A DNA stretch of 63,670 bases, counting the filler, from Olpidium bornovanus S191 (lineage: Eukaryota; Fungi; Olpidiomycota), in assembly GCA_017911155.1 (NCBI GenBank). It is 31 parts of 31 records of this genome, joined end to end, with 100 filler letters (N's around TTAATTAATTAA, not from the genome) between each part and the next. Parts side by side here need not be neighbours in the genome. Positions count along the whole stretch, not along the records: positions 58,421 to 61,028 come from JAEFCI010004837.1; positions 61,129 to 62,289 come from JAEFCI010008887.1; positions 62,390 to 63,670 come from JAEFCI010000225.1; 28 more parts are not named here. One strand, 5' to 3'. The translations under genes were made by a program, and so were the position numbers. Positions 58,475-63,670 of this stretch are shown in pieces. The notes beneath the pieces were generated by a model. It ran no database searches. It was not told the DNA's origin and saw only the letters and a list, made by a program, of their open reading frames with translations. Numbering within the stretch: position 1 is the stretch's first letter; each line of letters starts with the position of its first letter.

Positions 58475-58820
58475 GACAGGCGAAGAACAGAGACAGAGAG
58501 ACAGAGAGACAGAGAGAAAGAGAGAAAGAAAGACATCGGAAACGGCCCTCCCCCCGCCCGCCCGGCCCCCGCTCCCGCACACACCCGGGCTCTCTCCTGC
58601 GCGACCACGTTACCACCGCCAGCACTCCCGGGCGACGACAGAGGAGGAAGGAGGAGAGACGTCGGGAGGTTGCGGCCCACCCGCCCCGCCGAGAAACACC
58701 AACCCTTGGAGGAGACAATTTAAAAGCCCAGCGTATCCCTGAGCGCCCTCTTCTAGGCCGCGGAACGGGGCCCAGGCACGCAGGAAAGCGCGGACCTGGA
58801 GGCCCCCGAGCAGGAACCGG

Positions 58821-60067
58821 ATGCTGGCGCCGGCCGCGCCTCCGGCCTCCCCGTCCTCGCTTCCTGCGCGCGCACCGACCCAGGCCCCGCCACCGTCAGA
58901 TGCGGTGCAGGACTACCGCCGGCCGCCTCCTTCCCTGCCACCTCCGGAGAACGGGCTCGCGGCGGCCAACTTCGCTGGCGGAACGAACTCGAGGCCGTTG
59001 GCGTCGGAAGCGCCGGTCGCGTCCGGGGTGCCGCCGCCTGCGTACGTGGAAGACTTGCGCGACGGTCTGCCGCCGGCCGCGGGGGACTACAAAGCCGCTC
59101 AGCAGTCGGCCGCGGCGGCAAGAACGCCTTCGGAGAAGAAGTTCCTTTTGGTCATAACGGTTTTCGGTTCCATGTTCGGCGCCGGGTTCTTCCTGGCCAC
59201 ACTGTGTAAGTGTTCCCGTTCTTCCTCGAGGCGAATACGCTGCTGTCCAGTTCCTGTCGATGGACTGCATTCATCCGTGGCGCTACTCCCCCCAAAAAAA
59301 AAACAACCGCAGTCCTGATCTCGCGGGCGAGGAAGGCACAGAAGCGTCAGAGGGCGCTGGAGAAGGCGCAGGGGGGGCTACGGGAGCCGAAAAAGAAGCG
59401 GCCGTTCCTGGGCGGAACGGAGCAGGGCTCGCGCCGCACGGACGTCGTAAGCGGCCGCCACGCGGGCTACGAGAGGGACCGACTGCCGTCCGTGAAGTTC
59501 CGCCGTCCCCTGTTTTCGTCTCAGAAGCGGCAAGAACAGCCGGCCGCCCACGGCGCACTTCTCGCCCTTTCCGGCGGCTCTCGCCAGGTCCCGGAAACCC
59601 GCCCGCGGCCCGACTGGACCGGGGCGGCCGCCGCCGGCGGCCTTTTCTCGCCGCACTCGCAGCTGCCGCGGGAGATGCCCCCGCCTGCGCCGCTGCCGTA
59701 CCACCGGCCGCGCCGGCCGTCGTGTTCCAGCGCCGGCGGGGCCTGTTGGTGCGGCGGCCCGGACGGCGGCGGCGACCGCTCGTCGCGCCCGCTTTTCACG
59801 CTTTACGAGACGTACGGCGCCCGGCCGCAGCTCGGGCGCGCTGTCGACCCGGACGCCGGCGAGGACGCGGACGAGGACGAGGACCTCGAGGAGGCCCGGA
59901 GCCGCAACGTTCTCCTGCCCCCGCTGCCCGCATACGACCCCGCCGCGGCGGCGGCGGCGGCGGCCGCCTCGGCCAGGCGCTGCTCCGTGTCGTCGGCTTC
60001 CGGACCCGCCGCCGCGCCTTCGCACGCGTACTCCGCGTTTTTCAGAACGATGCCGCCGAGCACGTGA
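58821..60067 (+). CDS. Pro/Ala-rich single-pass membrane protein (2 exons; start uncertain)
   Basis: Pro-rich region, TM segment KKFLLVITVFGSMFGAGFFLATLC, GTAAGT donor at about 59206, then a second exon RARKAQKRQRALEK...LLPPLPAYD...*. Confidence 0.6.
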
Positions 60068-60635
60068 CGGGCGGCGGCGACGCCGCGCCGCGCGGCGCTT
60101 CTCCTCCGCCGGGCCCGTTGCAGATCGCCCTTCCCCTCAGTCGCCCCGTGCCGGTAAGGAACCTCGCGCGACTTTCCCCTCCGTCCCGTTTTTTCTTGTA
60201 TCCCTCTCAACACCGCCATACCCCCACACCAAGCGCCCGCGGCACCTCCGCCCGTTTCGCATCCCCGCCCCGTTCATCCTCCGGTTTTCGGCGTCGGCGG
60301 CATCCCCGTTCCGCCCCGCCTCGTCAGTCTCCGCCCGGTCTCCAATCGCCTGGCCGCGTGTTCTCCCGTTTAGCGGTGCGCGACGTGAGAGGACTGTTGT
60401 TACGCTCCACGGGACCTTTGAACCCCCACGTACGGCACACCCTGCCCCATCATCGGCAACCGCACGCGTTGCGCCGGTTATTAGAACCGCCGCCTCCCAC
60501 CCCCCCCCTTTCCCGCCCCCCGGCCCCTCTTCCCCTCGCATGCATCTCTGTTTTTTTACGGTCGGGAAATTTTTCTTGTTTGGGGAGGGGGGGGGGGCAA
60601 CAAATTTGGCTTTTTGGCCGACACAACCCCCGTTT

Positions 60636-60679
<44 letters not shown>

Positions 60680-63032
60680 GCTTGCCGAGGCGGGGACGGG
60701 GGGACAGGGGAAGGAAGGGGTGCTGCGCTCGCTTTTACGTGAACCGAAAACTTTGGGGAAAAAAGGGGAACCCGGTGGGTCGGCCACTTGCTCGGAACGG
60801 GGTGGAGAGGGGAAAGGGAAGGTGTGGGGTGGGAAGGGGGGTGCCGGAGGGCCGGAGGACGAACAACGCGTCGGTCTGCGCGGAACCATTCCGCGACCAC
60901 CGCACTTCCGGGCATTTCCCCCTCTCTTCCCCCCTTCCAGTTTGAAATCCGCGCGTCCCCGTCGGCTCACCTGTGTTGATTTCAGCGAGCCCGCCTCGGA
61001 CTGACACCCCCCCCCCCCCCCCCCCCCCNNNNNNNNNNNNNNNNNNNNNNNNNNNNNNNNNNNNNNNNNNNNTTAATTAATTAANNNNNNNNNNNNNNNN
61101 NNNNNNNNNNNNNNNNNNNNNNNNNNNNAAAGCGTATAAGCGCGGACGTCGCTCGAGGACCGTCTTCGCCGTGCCCACCTTCGCCGCGCTCGAAATTCTG
61201 GTATATCTGTGCCGCAAATGTATTTCGGCGCCGCAAATGTTTCAACATGGATGCTTGCCAAACAATCATCTAACCTATGCTGAAACCGCATCCAATCACA
61301 AGTGAACGAACTACGTACAATTTGAAATATAAAAAGCGGCTGGTTGATAAAAACAAACGGAGGGAGGGTGGGGTGCCAACTCGTGAACGATCGGGCGATC
61401 GGATGCGACAAAATTCAACCGGTCCGTTGCGGAACTGAGCTTCTGAATTTTTGGGCGGCAGCGTTAAAAACCCGTTTTGAGACGTTGTCCTGGCAGAGAA
61501 CTTTAAACGCGAACGGAGGTTTGTCAACCCAGCGGGAACCCGTTTCAGCAACGGGAATCGAGCGCCGAGCACCCCGTTTCGTTCTCGAAAATGACGCGGC
61601 GGGTGGTGGTGCTGGGGAGCTGTGCTGTGCGGATCACGGGGGGAAGCCGAGCGCGTGCGCGCGCGGGGAGCGCGTTTTTTTGGGTTCCTCTTGGTGGCAG
61701 GCGTTGGGCGCGCGCGCGCCCATTAATAACAACCAGGAACCGCGAGACGTCAGGCGCGGTGCTTGTGGCTTTTTTTTTTTTTTTTTTTGCTGCAGGACAA
61801 GCGCGCCGCGCACCGGAGCTTGTGGTGTGCGGCTAGAAAGAGAGACGGCTTTGAGCTGCAAAGCGCCGCGCCGTTTCCTCGTACCCCTCGTTCTTTCCTG
61901 CGCTCTCGTCTTCACCGCCAGGTTTTGGTCACTTGCCGAAGAAACTAAAATAAAAATTGTCGGGGTGTTCCAAAAATTGACGGGTGGGCAGCGCGCGGGT
62001 CCCGTTGGAACAAGCTGGCGCGCTGCGTGAAAACACGATATCGGGAGGGGAAACGTCAGGTGTGGGGCGGCTTGGAGAGGAGGGGCCGATGACGGGATGA
62101 CTGCAAGGCGGAACGGATAGCGCCAAACCGGCGCCTGCAGACGACGGCCCGGCCTCTAAGGTCCAGTTCATGCACGGCACCAGGGTGACGTCCTCACGCT
62201 GGGCGGGATGGGTTGGGGAGGGAGACAAAAGCGGGGTGAGACGAAACGCTGGGCGTGCCGGCGGGTGCTGCAAGCGGGGGGCCGTCGACNNNNNNNNNNN
62301 NNNNNNNNNNNNNNNNNNNNNNNNNNNNNNNNNTTAATTAATTAANNNNNNNNNNNNNNNNNNNNNNNNNNNNNNNNNNNNNNNNNNNNCATGAACGCAC
62401 TGAAGCTTAAGGCAATATTAATTGGTGTAAATGAAACGCAATTATTTGTAAGTCCCGGGTGAACGACAGTACACTAACGTATAAAATATTATATAAAATG
62501 GTTAGCATAAAGTTTATTCCCACATTTACATTACACTGAGCATTGTACATAATATAATAACCTCTAGCTACCATTCAAAACAAGTATGTTTTACAAGATT
62601 TTTCAGTAAAGTCTTATATATAACTATATATTTAGTCGATAATAACGTTATGATCCCAATACATATAGGTAATGTCGTACTGCTCATTAAGGTAGTACTA
62701 GTTTACAGATATTACTACGTATAGTTAAATCGACGCGTCGAACGAAATGCCAGGGACATACTCCGATTTACGTACTGAAATATGTTTTGTAGTATACCAG
62801 CTCTTACTATCTGATTTCTTCTAATGCTGGTAACGGTTGAGTATCCTGACTCTGCGTGACTCCAGGGTGGAGATTCACAATCACTCAAATGCACCGGATC
62901 ACCCTTAGGCGAACAGCCAAAACTTTGACTCCCCTGTATATGCTGTTACATATGGAGGGCAGCCGTTCGGTATCATAGACAGATTCCGGCTGGACATATG
63001 AGGTAGTCATATATATGGCAGGCTGTAGTTGA

Positions 63033-63082
63033 GTGCGTGTGCGTGTGCGTGTGCGTGTGCGTGTGCGTGTGCGTGTGCGTGC
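63033..63082. repeat. (GTGCGT)n microsatellite
   Basis: About 8 hexamer units. Confidence 0.95.
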
Positions 63083-63670
63083 TCGAGTGTTTTGCGAGTG
63101 CATGTTTTCGTCGACTTGACGCCCGCGGTCGAGAAGCGAACTTTTCCGCTGAACGCCGGGGGAAGAGGACCAAGCTCGACGCCGCGACGGCAGGCAACGG
63201 AGCGACTGTGGCGCAGGTATGCAAAGCGGACGCAGAAGGCACGCGGACGGCAGACGCCCGAAGGGCGGGCGGAGGGGGGAGAGGGAGTCGAAGCAACCCG
63301 AGCCGACGTGGCAGAGCTGCGAGAGGAGTGGTGAAAAGACCACAAGGTGCAAGCCCATTGTGGGAAACAAGGAAACAGCGGGAAATAGAACAAGGCGGTG
63401 GTATAACCGCCAATTAACACACCAGCATCATCACACTGCACATGCAACCAAGCGGCATTATTGCGCGTTGAGAAGGCGGGCTTCCAAATGATACAGTGCT
63501 GGGCACTTGGAACCAGCGCCGCGGACTGACCGCGTAAATAATTATAGTGCTAATAATACAATACATTGCCCCCGTGATAATGGTGGCAGTGCCGGCGAAT
63601 GTGCGAGGGGAGTGCCGGCGCATGTTCGCATGGCCGGATGCGGTGCGGCTGCGGGGCGGCGCGCGCGGGG

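Noticed and set aside
59260-60945. 561-aa ORF
   Set aside because: It is an alternative frame over the membrane-protein exon plus low-complexity downstream DNA, Arg/Pro-rich with no motif.
8950-61028. Long poly-C/G/A/T runs encoding poly-Pro/Gly/Lys/Phe ORFs or G-quadruplex arrays
   Set aside because: They cluster at contig ends and have uncertain length, consistent with homopolymer sequencing or assembly failure.
3830-62389. Regularly recurring TTAATTAATTAA as a CRISPR-like or biological repeat; ORFs ending in XXX-LIN
   Set aside because: Identical N44-linker-N44 blocks are an artificial concatenation spacer with stops in all frames.

Overview
This window is not contiguous DNA. It consists of 31 short contigs (about 1-3.8 kb) joined by an artificial 100-nt spacer, N44-TTAATTAATTAA-N44, so adjacency across spacers means nothing. 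The DNA is GC-rich, intron-rich and eukaryotic (GT..AG introns of about 100-200 nt with CTRAC-like branch sites). Protein motifs indicate a fungus, and a clear ARMC9 orthologue suggests a flagellated (zoosporic) lineage; this is an inference, Olpidium-like. Recognisable genes, mostly partial: GRX5, DHFR, DNA ligase I, VPS35, ARMC9, RNA14, kynurenine aminotransferase, YTH1, RBM26/27, adenylate kinase, RPS1, IQGAP, HCS1/IGHMBP2 and eIF5A, plus C2H2, LEA_2, PH and Cys-rich membrane proteins. Relics of hAT, Ty1/copia and Ty3/gypsy elements are also present. Main observations: (1) 21 of 60 internal contig ends lie at or within 1 nt of CATG, and a copia integrase is fused out of frame to eIF5A exactly at a CATG, which points to library chimeras. 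(2) Two tRNA-like elements carry a GGG anticodon and a shared 5' flank. (3) Differences between repeat copies are concentrated at CpG sites, suggesting CpG methylation of repeats. (4) A 234-bp intron+exon unit is tandemly duplicated. I found no complete new biological system that the sequence alone can support; the findings are leads.
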